DNA of 64,000 nucleotides from Polyangiaceae bacterium (GTDB lineage Bacteria; Myxococcota_A; Polyangia; Polyangiales; Polyangiaceae): NCBI GenBank assembly GCA_965222375.1, contig CBDCTZ010000011.1, positions 96,001 to 160,000 of the forward strand, read 5' to 3'. Shown piece by piece: positions 30,146 to 40,163 of this stretch (position 1 is its first letter; each line of letters starts with the position of its first letter). The notes under the pieces were generated by a model. It saw only the letters and a program-made list of their open reading frames with translations, ran no database searches and was not told where the DNA came from. The position numbers and the translations under genes were made by a program.

Positions 30146-30320
30146 TCAATTCTACCTCACACCGGCATGAGGCGCTGTGCACGCTATGTGCCGGCGAAGT
30201 TTCCAACGAAAGGCGGGTCGGAGGCATGGCGATGCCGTGGCGAAATGCCGGCCAACTGCCACCTGACTCGGAGGTCAGTGATGCCCTGGGGCCGCAAACA
30301 CTCGAGAGGAGCTACTTGAC

Positions 30321-30365
30321 CCGTCGGCGCGCGCGGTTTCGCTTGGTCCGTCGGCGCGCGCGGTT
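30321..30365. repeat. 18-bp direct repeat CCGTCGGCGCGCGCGGTT x2
   Basis: Copies at 30321-30338 and 30348-30365, directly before the palindrome array. Confidence 0.8.
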
Positions 30366-30368
30366 CGT

Positions 30369-30524
30369 GGGGCCACGGTGCTGATCTGAGAGTTTGTATA
30401 CAAACTCTCGGAACGAGTTGGTGAGGGGGGCCACGGTGCTGATCTGAGAGTTTGTATACAAACTCTCGGAACGAGTTGGTGAGGGGCCACGGTGCTGATC
30501 TGAGAGTTTGTATACAAACTCTCG
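30369..30524. repeat. Tandem array of three 56-58-bp units, each with the perfect 22-bp palindrome GAGAGTTTGTATACAAACTCTC
   Basis: Palindromes at 30388-30409, 30446-30467 and 30502-30523; units identical except for G-run length (third unit truncated after the palindrome). Confidence 0.95.
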
Positions 30525-30606
30525 CGGTGGGTTGCTGTAGGGCATCCTTGGCACGCGGCGGCCCGGTACGGGAGTAGCGGCCCGGTTCGCGAAAGGGATG
30601 CGACCC

Positions 30607-33063
30607 CTAAACCCCCAACCAGATCACACTGGCGTCGACAACTCGGATGTCGTCCTTTTCGAGATGCACGTCGATGGCTTCGAGCTCGGCGCCCTTGCGC
30701 TGAAGCGCCTCGTACATGCTGGTGACTTCGCTCGTCAGCTCGTTTTCGAGCTCGGCCACCTCTGCGTGCTTTTCTTGGGCACGCTGCTGAGCCTTGGCGG
30801 CTCGGGCGCTCGAAGCGCTGGCTTTGGAACGGCGGGACGCCATGCGCGACAGGCCCGCGGTGGTCTTGCGTCCGCTGGAAAACAGGCCCACGAAGTCCCC
30901 GACGCCGGACAGGAGTTCGTGACGACCCTGAGTCTCCGCAGACAGTCGGGCATCCTGCGCTTTCTGCTGCAGAGCGCGCACCTGGCTTTGCACCTTCTCG
31001 ATGCGGCTGGCGTACTTGGCGTGGAGCTTCTGGGCTTGTTCGTTGGCTTGGCGTTCGACCTCTGCTTGGCAACGAGCGCTGAAGGCGGCGTGGTCTTCGC
31101 CGACGCGCGAGACCAGTCCAAGGGCGGCGTTTTTGAAGGCCGTGCGGAGTTGTGAGCGGAGCAAGTACTCGATGAGCTGTCGCTTCAGTTTCGTCAGCAG
31201 CGCCTTGTCGCTGAGAGCGGATGACGCCAGGAAGCTTGCGCCCTCCAAGGGCGTGTCGCGAAAGTCCCTGGGGTCGTGATCGACGACGTGCAGGGCGCTG
31301 TCGCTGAAGCTCTCATCCAATGGGTAAACGATCGCTTCGAACACCTCTGTGTGCTTGAGCTTGACCCGACGCTCGTCGAACAGCATCTCGACCTGAACGG
31401 CCACCGCCGGCGCGAAACGACGACTGGTCGGCACGCCGCCGACCTGAGGGAGCCAGTTCGCGGCCGGATCCACGTGGCGAACCGACGCGCTGGCTGCAGC
31501 TGTTGGCGGTGCGGTTGCTGCGTTTGGGCTCGCGGCTGTAGCTGCCGCTGTCGAAGCTTCCCCTTTTGGATTCTCCGTAGCAGCAGCTTGCGTTGTGGTT
31601 GCCGGTTTCGGGCTGCCTGGGGTGGGAGCCGCTTTCGCTTGGGCTTGGGAGCCAGCAGCGGGGGCTGTGAGTTGCTCGGCCGACGCGGGCTTGCTGAGGC
31701 GCCCCACCTCGTCTCGGGTCAGCGGGCCGCGCAGGTAGCTCATCGCCCAGCGCGATGTGAACACGCAGGGCGCGGCGCCCGTGCGGTACAGCAGGTAGCG
31801 ACGCTTTTCGAGTGCGCCCACGAGGCGGGATAGCTCGGCGGGGTCCGCGGCGCCGGAGGCAGAGCGAAGACCTTCGATGATGCGGTCCTTGTCGCGTTCG
31901 GTTTGCAGCCGCCCGATCATCCAAGTGCCGGCGTTGCTCATGGCCTTGTAGTCCAGGTCCACAGGGTTCTGGGTTGCTAGCACCATTCCCACGCCGTGCG
32001 CGCGTGCTTGCTTCAGCAAGGTGAGGATTGGCTTCTTGCTCGGCGGCATCGCTGTGGGCGGCGCCAGGCCGAACATTTCGTCGATGTACACCAGCGCCCG
32101 CAAACCCGAGGTGCCCGACTGGCGGCGCATCCAACTGACCAGCTTGCCGAGCACCAGAGTGACGACCATCTGTCGTTCGGCGTCCGACAAGTGTGCCAGG
32201 TACAGAATGGACGCCTTGGGTTTGCCGGCTTCCGTGTAGAGCAGGCGCTGAACGTCCAGGGGCTCACCTTCGAGCCAGGCGGCGAAGGATGGCGAGGCGA
32301 ACAGCGTGTTGAGCCGCTTCGCGAGCTTTTCGCGATCCTTCTTGGGGAAGAACTGATCCACATCGAAGACGCCCACTTTGCGCAGCGGAGGGTCCATCAG
32401 TTGCAGAATCAGGTTTCCGATGTCCACGCTGTCGCCGCGTTGCCTCGCCTGTTCCAAGAGCGTGGCCAGAAACACGTGTTCTGGAGACGACAGGGGATCA
32501 GCTTCGATGCCAGCGAGGGAAAGCAAGCTGGAGACGAAGCCTTCAATCTCGTCTCGCATCGCCTCGAGATCTTCGGTGTTCGCCGAAACCGCCGAGCCCA
32601 AGACATTCAGCGGGGTTCCCATGATGGAGCCTGGGGTCAGCAGTTGCATTTGTGCGCTGTTCTTCAGGGCGCGCAGGCGGCCGGGTTTGATCTCCCAAGA
32701 CTCGAGACCCTCTCGCCAGGTCGTCGCGGTCTTCTCGGCCAGAGCTTCGGGCTCGATGCCTTGGCGTCGGGCAGCATCTTCCTCGATCCAGGGAGCGAAG
32801 CTCTCGGCATTCAGATCCGGAAAGTTGAGCAGCAGATTGCCCATGTCGCCCTTGGGGTCGAGGATCAGGGTCGGCACGTCGGCCAACAGCGCCTCCTCCA
32901 GCAGCACCACGCCAAGCCCCGTCTTACCCGAGCCCGTCATGCCCACGATCACGCCATGGGTCGTCAGCCGTCGCGCCTCGAGGAAGAGGGACTCTTGCCG
33001 CTTGCCCGTATCGACATCGATCAATCCCCCCAAGTACAAGCTTCCCCGCGGTACCTCGAGCAT
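30607..33063 (-). CDS. HerA/FtsK-superfamily ATPase (DUF87-like) with low-complexity linker and C-terminal coiled coil
   Basis: Walker A GMTGSGKT, ILDPKGD, Walker B LVYIDE, LATQNP. Confidence 0.85.
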   Translation of the reverse strand: MLEVPRGSLYLGGLIDVDTGKRQESLFLEARRLTTHGVIVGMTGSGKTGLGVVLLEEALLADVPTLILDPKGDMGNLLLNFPDLNAESFAPWIEEDAARRQGIEPEALAEKTATTWREGLESWEIKPGRLRALKNSAQMQLLTPGSIMGTPLNVLGSAVSANTEDLEAMRDEIEGFVSSLLSLAGIEADPLSSPEHVFLATLLEQARQRGDSVDIGNLILQLMDPPLRKVGVFDVDQFFPKKDREKLAKRLNTLFASPSFAAWLEGEPLDVQRLLYTEAGKPKASILYLAHLSDAERQMVVTLVLGKLVSWMRRQSGTSGLRALVYIDEMFGLAPPTAMPPSKKPILTLLKQARAHGVGMVLATQNPVDLDYKAMSNAGTWMIGRLQTERDKDRIIEGLRSASGAADPAELSRLVGALEKRRYLLYRTGAAPCVFTSRWAMSYLRGPLTRDEVGRLSKPASAEQLTAPAAGSQAQAKAAPTPGSPKPATTTQAAATENPKGEASTAAATAASPNAATAPPTAAASASVRHVDPAANWLPQVGGVPTSRRFAPAVAVQVEMLFDERRVKLKHTEVFEAIVYPLDESFSDSALHVVDHDPRDFRDTPLEGASFLASSALSDKALLTKLKRQLIEYLLRSQLRTAFKNAALGLVSRVGEDHAAFSARCQAEVERQANEQAQKLHAKYASRIEKVQSQVRALQQKAQDARLSAETQGRHELLSGVGDFVGLFSSGRKTTAGLSRMASRRSKASASSARAAKAQQRAQEKHAEVAELENELTSEVTSMYEALQRKGAELEAIDVHLEKDDIRVVDASVIWLGV

Positions 33064-33170
33064 GTCCGTCGAATACCACGAGCCTGCGGATTGTCCGCGC
33101 TCGGCCGGTGAAGCGCTGAAATATTGCCGTGACCGTCGCGGTCCGCCGCGAACGGGCTAAGCTGGTAGGC

Positions 33171-34709
33171 ATGCGGCGGATTGGAATTGCGGGGCTTGCG
33201 ACAATGCTGTTGCTCTTGGTGGCGTGCAGCTCATCGGATGACGAGGCGGGTAGCCAGAAAACGCCCCATGCTCCGCTGCGATTGACGACGGAGGCCACCT
33301 TGGTCCCCGAGATGATGCGAGTCGACCCGCCCGACGATCGCTCGCCGGCGGTTCCGGAAGAGCGTGACGCTCTGATGAAGGAGGGATTTGGACTGTGGAA
33401 CGACGGCCCAGCCGAGGCACACCAGACTCGCACGCCGCCAGGCGTGAGTGCACCGGCCGTCGGCGCTTCGCCCAAGCGCTTGGTGCGTTTTGTTCACATG
33501 CCGGATCTGCAGCTTGCCGACGACGAGTCGCCGACGCGGCTGTGTGGCTTCGACGCCCCGGGGCTGTTCTCGCCGGCCTTCCGGCCGCAGGACAGCAACA
33601 TGTGCCACGTGTTGAATGCTGCGGTGAAGAGCGTGAACGAACTCAGCAGTGTGGATCCCATCGACTTCTTGATGCTCGGGGGCGACAACGCCGACAGCGC
33701 TCAGGAAAACGAGATCAATTGGGTGCTGTCGATCTTGAGTGGCGCCGACACTGTCGAGTGCGATTCCGGCGACGACGACGACCCCCGAAAGGGAGCCAAC
33801 AACGACGGCAAGGATCCCTTCAAGGCGCCCGGGCTGGAGGTGCCCTGGAAGTGGGTCACCGGGAACCACGACATCCTGGTTCAGGGCAACTTGCCCGTTT
33901 CGGATCTCAAGAACCTCGAGGCGGTTGGCACGACCGCAGTCGCGGGCACCCGAGATTGGTCACAGCCGGGCGGTCCGGTGATCAAGGGGGATGTCATCGC
34001 TGACCCGATGCGCCGCCTGCTGACACGTGCCGAAGTCATGCAGAAGATTGCCGCGGATGGCGACGGGCATGGCGTGGGCAGCGCGCAAGTTCAATCCGGC
34101 AAAGCGATCTACACCTTTGACGTGGAGGGCACGCAGCTGCGCTTTTTGGTCCTCGATACAGCCTCTGAGACCGGGGGCTCCGATGGGTTGATTCGGCAGG
34201 GAGACGTCGACACGGTGATCAAGCCCGCCCTGGACCAGGCGATGGCGGACGGCAAGGTCGTCATTCTCTCGTCGCACCACGCGATCAGTTCCTTGGGCGA
34301 TGGCACTGGCTTGGGGGGAACCGCCCAGCCCGATGCGGTGCTGGAGCCGGCCTGGTTGAACGTGCTTTCGGCCTACCCCAATGTGTTGTTCAGCATGGTG
34401 GGTCACAGTCACACCAACCGTGTTCGCTTCTTGGAGACCACAGCCGGGCTGGGGCATTGGGAAGTGATGACCAGCGCTCTAGCGGACTATCCCCATCAGA
34501 TCCGCATTGTCGAAATCTGGGATCAAGACAACGGCTTTTTGATGATGCGCACGACCAACGTGGACTTCGCGACCTACGATGATGAAGTGGCCAAGGAGGG
34601 GCGCAGGCTGGGGATCTTGGATTTCGCGTCTGGCTGGGGTGACGGCGAAGGCAGCGGCGCCCCGGAGGATCGCAACGTCGAGGTTTGGATCGAAAAGCCG
34701 AAGCCGTGA
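33171..34709 (+). CDS. Lipoprotein metallophosphoesterase
   Basis: Lipobox LLVAC; DLQ, GGDNAD, GNHD, SHH and GHSH motifs. Confidence 0.82.
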   Translation: MRRIGIAGLATMLLLLVACSSSDDEAGSQKTPHAPLRLTTEATLVPEMMRVDPPDDRSPAVPEERDALMKEGFGLWNDGPAEAHQTRTPPGVSAPAVGASPKRLVRFVHMPDLQLADDESPTRLCGFDAPGLFSPAFRPQDSNMCHVLNAAVKSVNELSSVDPIDFLMLGGDNADSAQENEINWVLSILSGADTVECDSGDDDDPRKGANNDGKDPFKAPGLEVPWKWVTGNHDILVQGNLPVSDLKNLEAVGTTAVAGTRDWSQPGGPVIKGDVIADPMRRLLTRAEVMQKIAADGDGHGVGSAQVQSGKAIYTFDVEGTQLRFLVLDTASETGGSDGLIRQGDVDTVIKPALDQAMADGKVVILSSHHAISSLGDGTGLGGTAQPDAVLEPAWLNVLSAYPNVLFSMVGHSHTNRVRFLETTAGLGHWEVMTSALADYPHQIRIVEIWDQDNGFLMMRTTNVDFATYDDEVAKEGRRLGILDFASGWGDGEGSGAPEDRNVEVWIEKPKP

Positions 34710-34748
34710 ACGATAGGCTGCCGAGTCTGCCATCGGCATTCCCTAGGT

Positions 34749-36626
34749 TCACTTTTTGGTGGCGAGCTCTGCGATGAGTTCCCGTAGCGTTTCTTCCGCT
34801 ATGGGTTTGGTCAACCGACGGTTGCCCACAGTTTCCAGGAACTGCTCGGCGCGGGGGGTGAACGCGCCGCCCGTGATGAAGACGACCCTTTCGACCAACT
34901 CAGGGCGGTATTGGGTCAGGGCGACGTGAAAGTCCACGCCGCTCATTCCGGGCATCATCACGTCGCAGAGGATCAGGTCGAAGGATAGGCCCTGCAAGAG
35001 AAGCGTCAACGCCTCACGAGCATCACGGGCCGCAGTGACGTCATGCTGGCCGCGCAAACTGCGCTTGAGCGCCCGACCGATGAGCGGCTCATCGTCGATC
35101 ACCAAGATCCCGGTTTTGGGAACGTCGGGTGCCGAACTTCTAGGTGCCGTTCGCGGACGCAGAGACACGGTTTCGCCAACGGGTAGCAGTACCCGAAAGG
35201 TCGTGCCCTTGCCCACCTGGCTCTCGACGGTGATTCTGCCGCCCGCGCGGGTCACGATCCCATGGCAGACGGACAGACCCAAGCCAGTCCCCGTTTCCAT
35301 GGGTCGGGCGGTGAAGAAGGGTTCGAAGACCCGGTTGATGGCATCTGCCGGGATCCCCGCGCCGGTATCTGACACGACGATTTCTACGTTGTCGCCTTCG
35401 CCAAGGCCCAAACCAACGACGATGCGGTTCTTGTCCGTATCGCCTTCAGAGATGGATTGAGAAGCGTTGAGCAGCAGATTGACCAGGACTTGCACCAGGC
35501 GCTGAGAGCCGATGGCCACGCTGGGTGTGGGTTGAAACTCACGTCCGAGTCGAGCGCGATGGCGGATTTCGTTCTGGACGATGGCCACGGCAGCTTCGAT
35601 GGCAGCGCGTGGGTCGGCGGTTGCGGAACCCGGCAGGTCCGGGCGCGAGAACGTCTTCAAGTCGCCGACGACTTGGGCCACGCGATTGATGCCGGAGAGG
35701 GTCTCTTCCAGCGCCACGCAGGCTTCCTGGGCTTGCTCCATCACCTCGGGCGCGGATTGGCCTAGCGCATCTTGGGCACTGGTCAGCACCCGTCTTGCAA
35801 ACTCCACGTTCGTCGTCAGGTAGGATAGAGGGTTGTTGATCTCGTGGGCCACCCCGGCTGCCAGAAAACCAACGCTCGCCATGCGCTCGGATTGCACCAA
35901 TGAGGTCTGCATGCGTTTCTGCTCAGTCAGATTGCGCACGAGCAACAGCGCGTCTTCGGAGCCGCACGGCAGAATTCGAGCTTCGAAAATCCGTGGCTCG
36001 ACGCCCTCCTCGACGCGGGAATACTCCACGGTGCTGTGATCGCGTCGCTCCAGAGCACGCTCGATGGCGTCTTCGATGGCTGCGGCCTGGGCATCTGGAA
36101 ACAACTCCGCAACCGATAGCCCTGCCGGGCTATCGGTTTCCAATCCGGCTTGTTCGGGGTTGGAAATGTCCGCGTCCAAGCAACGACCATCCCGCCCGAA
36201 GCGCAGCATGCAATCGGGCATGGCACTGAGCAGGGCGCTGGCCCGTTGCTCGGCGACCCGCTGGTCCGTTACGTCGACAACGGCCCCTTCGAAGTACTTG
36301 ACGTCTCCCTGACCGTCTTTGACCGCGCGGGCGCTGTCTCGTAGCCAGCGGATGCTGCCGTCCTTACGGCGTTTCTGCACTTCGAAGTCGGTGACCTTGC
36401 CGTCCTTGGCCATGGCCTCCTTCCAGCGCAGGCGATCTCTCGGATCCACGTAGAGATTCACGCTCTGCACGTGGCGCAGCTCCTCCCAGCTGTCGTAGCC
36501 GAGGATGTGTACCAGCGTCGGGTTGGCGTCCAAGAATGCCCCCGCGGGCGTCGTTTGATACACCCCCACCGGCAAATGCTCGAATAGCTCGCGATAGCGG
36601 TCCGCGCGCGAGACTTTGACGCGCAT
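34749..36626 (-). CDS. PAS-PAS hybrid sensor histidine kinase with receiver domain
   Basis: Two PAS domains, H-box AHEINNPL, N/G1/F/G2 boxes, receiver ILVIDDE...CDVMMP. Confidence 0.92.
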   Translation of the reverse strand: MRVKVSRADRYRELFEHLPVGVYQTTPAGAFLDANPTLVHILGYDSWEELRHVQSVNLYVDPRDRLRWKEAMAKDGKVTDFEVQKRRKDGSIRWLRDSARAVKDGQGDVKYFEGAVVDVTDQRVAEQRASALLSAMPDCMLRFGRDGRCLDADISNPEQAGLETDSPAGLSVAELFPDAQAAAIEDAIERALERRDHSTVEYSRVEEGVEPRIFEARILPCGSEDALLLVRNLTEQKRMQTSLVQSERMASVGFLAAGVAHEINNPLSYLTTNVEFARRVLTSAQDALGQSAPEVMEQAQEACVALEETLSGINRVAQVVGDLKTFSRPDLPGSATADPRAAIEAAVAIVQNEIRHRARLGREFQPTPSVAIGSQRLVQVLVNLLLNASQSISEGDTDKNRIVVGLGLGEGDNVEIVVSDTGAGIPADAINRVFEPFFTARPMETGTGLGLSVCHGIVTRAGGRITVESQVGKGTTFRVLLPVGETVSLRPRTAPRSSAPDVPKTGILVIDDEPLIGRALKRSLRGQHDVTAARDAREALTLLLQGLSFDLILCDVMMPGMSGVDFHVALTQYRPELVERVVFITGGAFTPRAEQFLETVGNRRLTKPIAEETLRELIAELATKK

Positions 36627-36793
36627 TTTGCTCTTGGGGCGGTTGGACACGGGGCTTTGAACGTATGGACGGCTGCCCCGGGGCAACCTTGAGGCAGCGA
36701 GGTACGAGGCGGTCAGAAGAGAAGGAAACCGTGCCCTTGCGGGCCCGCTGGGCGTCGTCAGACAACGCCGCTAGCGGCGGAATGAGCGCAACT

Positions 36794-37498
36794 TCAGCAG
36801 GGCGTGCAATTGCAGGATGAACCGCAGGTCGTAGTGGGCTTGGGGGGGCCACTGCAAGTGGCTGTGCACGAGTTGGCGCCACAGTTCAGCTTGGCGCCAC
36901 TGCAGGGGTTCACGTTCGCCCCGCATTCGAGAGAGCAAGGTCCGTCCTTGCAGTTGAGCTTGGCGCCTCCGCAAGCCTGCTTGGCCAGGCAACCGAGGTA
37001 GCATGCGTGCCCGGCGGGGCAGTCGAAGGTGCCGCCACCGCACGCTCCTTGGACGGTGCACTCGATGCGGCAGTGAAACCCCGTTGGGCAAACCACAGGG
37101 GCGCCGCTGCATTCGTTGCTCGTGTCGCACCGGATCAAGCAGGTGCCGTTGGCGCACCCACCGTCGCAGATCCCCGGACATCCGGTACCCGTAGGTGGCG
37201 CGGCGGTACCACAACTCCCGCCGGTTCCTCCGGTTGGCGTGCCTCCGGTTCCACCACTCGGCGCTGCGCCCAACCCGCCACTTCCCGGGCCCCCAGCCGC
37301 GCCGGACGCCCCGCCCGCGCCCGCGCCGTGACCTCCTGCACCGGCGGTGCTCCCGCCGACTCCCGACGTGCCCGCGCTACCGCTCGCCCCCACGCCGGCC
37401 GAACCCGCCGCCGGCCCCCCATCTACGCGTGGGGCCTCGTCTGGGAACACACGGCACGCAGCCAAAAGTAGAACCGGAACCAGGGGTGCCAGACGCAC
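36794..37498 (-). CDS. Lipoprotein with Gly linker and about 23-aa Cys repeats
   Basis: Lipobox LLLAAC; repeated C-x3-C-x5-C-x6-C units. Confidence 0.75.
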   Translation of the reverse strand: MRLAPLVPVLLLAACRVFPDEAPRVDGGPAAGSAGVGASGSAGTSGVGGSTAGAGGHGAGAGGASGAAGGPGSGGLGAAPSGGTGGTPTGGTGGSCGTAAPPTGTGCPGICDGGCANGTCLIRCDTSNECSGAPVVCPTGFHCRIECTVQGACGGGTFDCPAGHACYLGCLAKQACGGAKLNCKDGPCSLECGANVNPCSGAKLNCGANSCTATCSGPPKPTTTCGSSCNCTPC

Positions 37499-37552
37499 AC
37501 GTCAGTCTACCACGCTCTCCATGCGCGGGCAGGTCTGTGGTCTGAGCAATCG

Positions 37553-38248
37553 CTAGCTGGTGCTCTCCGCCGAGTCCACCGGCTGCTTGCTCTCCATGAT
37601 CTTGCGGCTGATCCAAACGTAGGCCCCAAAGCCGAGAATCACTCCCGGAATCACGAACTTGGCGTTCGCCTTCACGACGTCTTTGCCTTGATGCACGATT
37701 TCCGCATAGCTCATCGCCGCGGTATGCGCGCCAATGGTGTAGCCAATGATCGTGAGAGTGATCATCCAGATCCCAGCACCGAGCCCCGTCCACAGGCTGA
37801 AGCTGCGCAGTGGCATCCGGGAGATCCCCGCAGGAATGGAAATGAGCTGACGGATCGCCGGCAACAGACGACAGAAGAACGTCGCGCCGGCGCCATACTG
37901 GCGGAATACCTCTTCTGCGCGCTTCAGCTTGGGAGGGGGTAGCAGGAAGTACTTGCCGTATTTCTCCAGGAAGGGCGTGCCCAGCCAACTGAATAGGTAG
38001 TAGTTGATGTAGGCGCCAGCGAGCGAACCAGCGGTGCCGGCAATCACGCACAGCACCGCATCCGTCATCGGGCTTCCGGTGCTCAGCTGTCCCCGCGCCG
38101 CCAAGAAGCCCGCTGGGATCATCACGACTTCGCTGGGAAAGGGGATGAAAGAGCTTTCCAGCGTCATGAACAAGAAGATGAGGATGAAGCCCCAGGTTGC
38201 AGCGTTGGCGGCGGCCGCCTCGATGTATTGAATAAGGATGTCGGTCAC
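37553..38248 (-). CDS. dedA: DedA-family membrane protein
   Basis: ESSFIPFPSEVVMIPAG and RLLPAIRQLISIPAG. Confidence 0.9.
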   Translation of the reverse strand: MTDILIQYIEAAAANAATWGFILIFLFMTLESSFIPFPSEVVMIPAGFLAARGQLSTGSPMTDAVLCVIAGTAGSLAGAYINYYLFSWLGTPFLEKYGKYFLLPPPKLKRAEEVFRQYGAGATFFCRLLPAIRQLISIPAGISRMPLRSFSLWTGLGAGIWMITLTIIGYTIGAHTAAMSYAEIVHQGKDVVKANAKFVIPGVILGFGAYVWISRKIMESKQPVDSAESTS

Positions 38249-38343
38249 GGAAAACCTCGCAGCCGGCGGTTAGCGCAAGTTTTGCCGTGCGTCGAATTTC
38301 CCGCGCGCTGGGGTCCGGGGGTGGGACAAAAGGCGTCTGACGC

Positions 38344-39510
38344 CTAGTTCGGCCGGGCGAAGACGAAGGGGAACGTGACCGAAGTCGAGCTCCCCGCCGC
38401 CGGAAAACGCCAGCGGCGCGCCAGGTTGGCCACGCAGCTGCCGAGGCCCGGGTAGCCGGGTGGGTCGGCGGCGACGGAACGGCTGACAGCGCCGGATGGA
38501 GCGATGGTCAACTTCAATGTCACCCGCGCCGTCGGCGGTGCGTTCGGACCGTCCTTGCGCACCGCCCAACAGCCCCGCATGACGCTCCCCCGATTCTGCG
38601 AGATCACCTTTCGGACTTGAGCAGGCGACAGCTTCGAACCGGAGGCCTTGGAGGGTCGGGACCACGGGTCGACTACCGACGGCTTGGACGCCGAGGGCTT
38701 CTGAGCCTTCCTCATCGCGTCCTCGAGGTCGCTACTCGACGCGGGCGGCGTACTACCCCATGGGTCGAGCACTCTCGAACCTCCCGACGGCGGTGTCCGG
38801 GGGGTCTTGAAAGGATTGATCAAGCTCGAGTCGTCCGTGCTCTTGAAGACGAACGGTACCTGCACGGTGCCGCCGCTCTTCGAGGCCGGGAACCGCCAGC
38901 TTCGGGCTTGCCGAGACACGCAGCGCGCCAGCCCCGGATACCCCTGGTCGCTACCCGTTGTGACTGCGGAAGCAACCTGGCCATCCGCGCCGACCTTCAA
39001 GCGCGTGGACAGTCGTACGGAGTCCGGTGCGCTCGGACTTCGCTTGGCCAGCGCCGGCGCGAAGCAGCGTCGATGTAGCGTCTGCTTCTGCGCCGCGACG
39101 ACTCGTTGAACGGCACTAGGATCGAGCTTGCGGGAGGGATCGCCCCACGGGTCGAGTACCTTTGCGCTTGCGGCTTTGCCGCGTGGTGCCCGCGGAGTCG
39201 GCGCCCGCTTGAAGGGGTTGACCAAGCTTTGCGAAGGCTTCGCGCTGCCGGCTGGTGCCGCAGCGACGGTGCCGCCAGGTCCCGGACGCTCCGGGGAAAT
39301 CCCCTCGATCGTGCTACGGGTGCCCGCCCAGATTGCCACGGCTGCGGCTAGCGCCACCGCCCCAATCGCCACTGCGCGCCAGGGCATTCGCCCAGGCAGT
39401 TTCAGGGACTGCGCGCTCGGCTGATAGCGCAGGCTCGACAAGGTCTCTTCCAGGGCCCGCACTTCTTCGTCCACGGCGCCGGAGCCGTCCCACAAGTAGT
39501 CAGTCGTCAT
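38344..39510 (-). CDS. Probable anti-sigma factor with two AgmX/PglI (TonB-C-like) periplasmic domains
   Basis: N-terminal DYLWD, one TM, two ...PGL..CV...ARxWRFPA...PFVF domains; start overlaps the sigma stop (ATGA). Confidence 0.75.
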   Translation of the reverse strand: MTTDYLWDGSGAVDEEVRALEETLSSLRYQPSAQSLKLPGRMPWRAVAIGAVALAAAVAIWAGTRSTIEGISPERPGPGGTVAAAPAGSAKPSQSLVNPFKRAPTPRAPRGKAASAKVLDPWGDPSRKLDPSAVQRVVAAQKQTLHRRCFAPALAKRSPSAPDSVRLSTRLKVGADGQVASAVTTGSDQGYPGLARCVSRQARSWRFPASKSGGTVQVPFVFKSTDDSSLINPFKTPRTPPSGGSRVLDPWGSTPPASSSDLEDAMRKAQKPSASKPSVVDPWSRPSKASGSKLSPAQVRKVISQNRGSVMRGCWAVRKDGPNAPPTARVTLKLTIAPSGAVSRSVAADPPGYPGLGSCVANLARRWRFPAAGSSTSVTFPFVFARPN

Positions 39511-40124
39511 CGCTCGCCCAGCCTCTCTCGCAACAAGCGCATGCCGCGGTGCAGATTGACTCGAACCGAGCCCGGGGAGAGCCCGGTGCGCTCGGCGATT
39601 TCCGGTCCCGTCATGCCTTCGACCAAACGCAGCACCAAGGGCTCTCGATACGCTTCCGGCAGCTCGCGGATCACTTCGAGCACCTGCTCTGCTTCAGCGC
39701 GTCGAGGATCTGCTGAGGGAATGTCCGGGGACAGTTCGGAGTGGTGCCGGCGGCGACGCAGAAAGTCTTTGGCTCGGTTTCGGGCCACACTGCAGAGCCA
39801 ACCCCCGAACGCTTCCGGCTCCTTCACGCTGCCCAGCTTCGCGTGCGCGGTCAGGAACACTTCTTGGGTCAGGTCGTCCGCATCGGCCTTCGGCAAGCGT
39901 GCCAGCAAGACGCCGTGAACCAGCGGCGCGTAGCGCTCGAACAAACGGCCAAACGCGACATCGTCTCCGCTTTGAGCGGCTCGCACCAGCGCGGCGTCTC
40001 CAGTGCTGCTCGTAGAAGCTTGCACCAGCGCTGGGTCCCCTGTGGCGCGAGTAGAAGCTTTCACCGGCGGCGACCATTGTGCACGCTTGGCTTGCTCCGG
40101 GGGGCCGAAGTGCAGAGGCCCCAA
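39507..40124 (-). CDS. ECF RNA polymerase sigma factor
   Basis: DADDLTQEVF, WLCSVARN, EIAERTG...SVRVNLHRG; start uncertain. Confidence 0.9.
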   Translation of the reverse strand: MGPLHFGPPEQAKRAQWSPPVKASTRATGDPALVQASTSSTGDAALVRAAQSGDDVAFGRLFERYAPLVHGVLLARLPKADADDLTQEVFLTAHAKLGSVKEPEAFGGWLCSVARNRAKDFLRRRRHHSELSPDIPSADPRRAEAEQVLEVIRELPEAYREPLVLRLVEGMTGPEIAERTGLSPGSVRVNLHRGMRLLRERLGER

Positions 40125-40163
40125 GCTGGCCGCGGCAACAGATACGCGTCGGTTGATGGAGTT

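Noticed and set aside
30369..30524. CRISPR array interpretation of the palindrome repeats
   Set aside because: Inter-repeat segments are identical, there are no unique spacers, and no cas genes are in the window.
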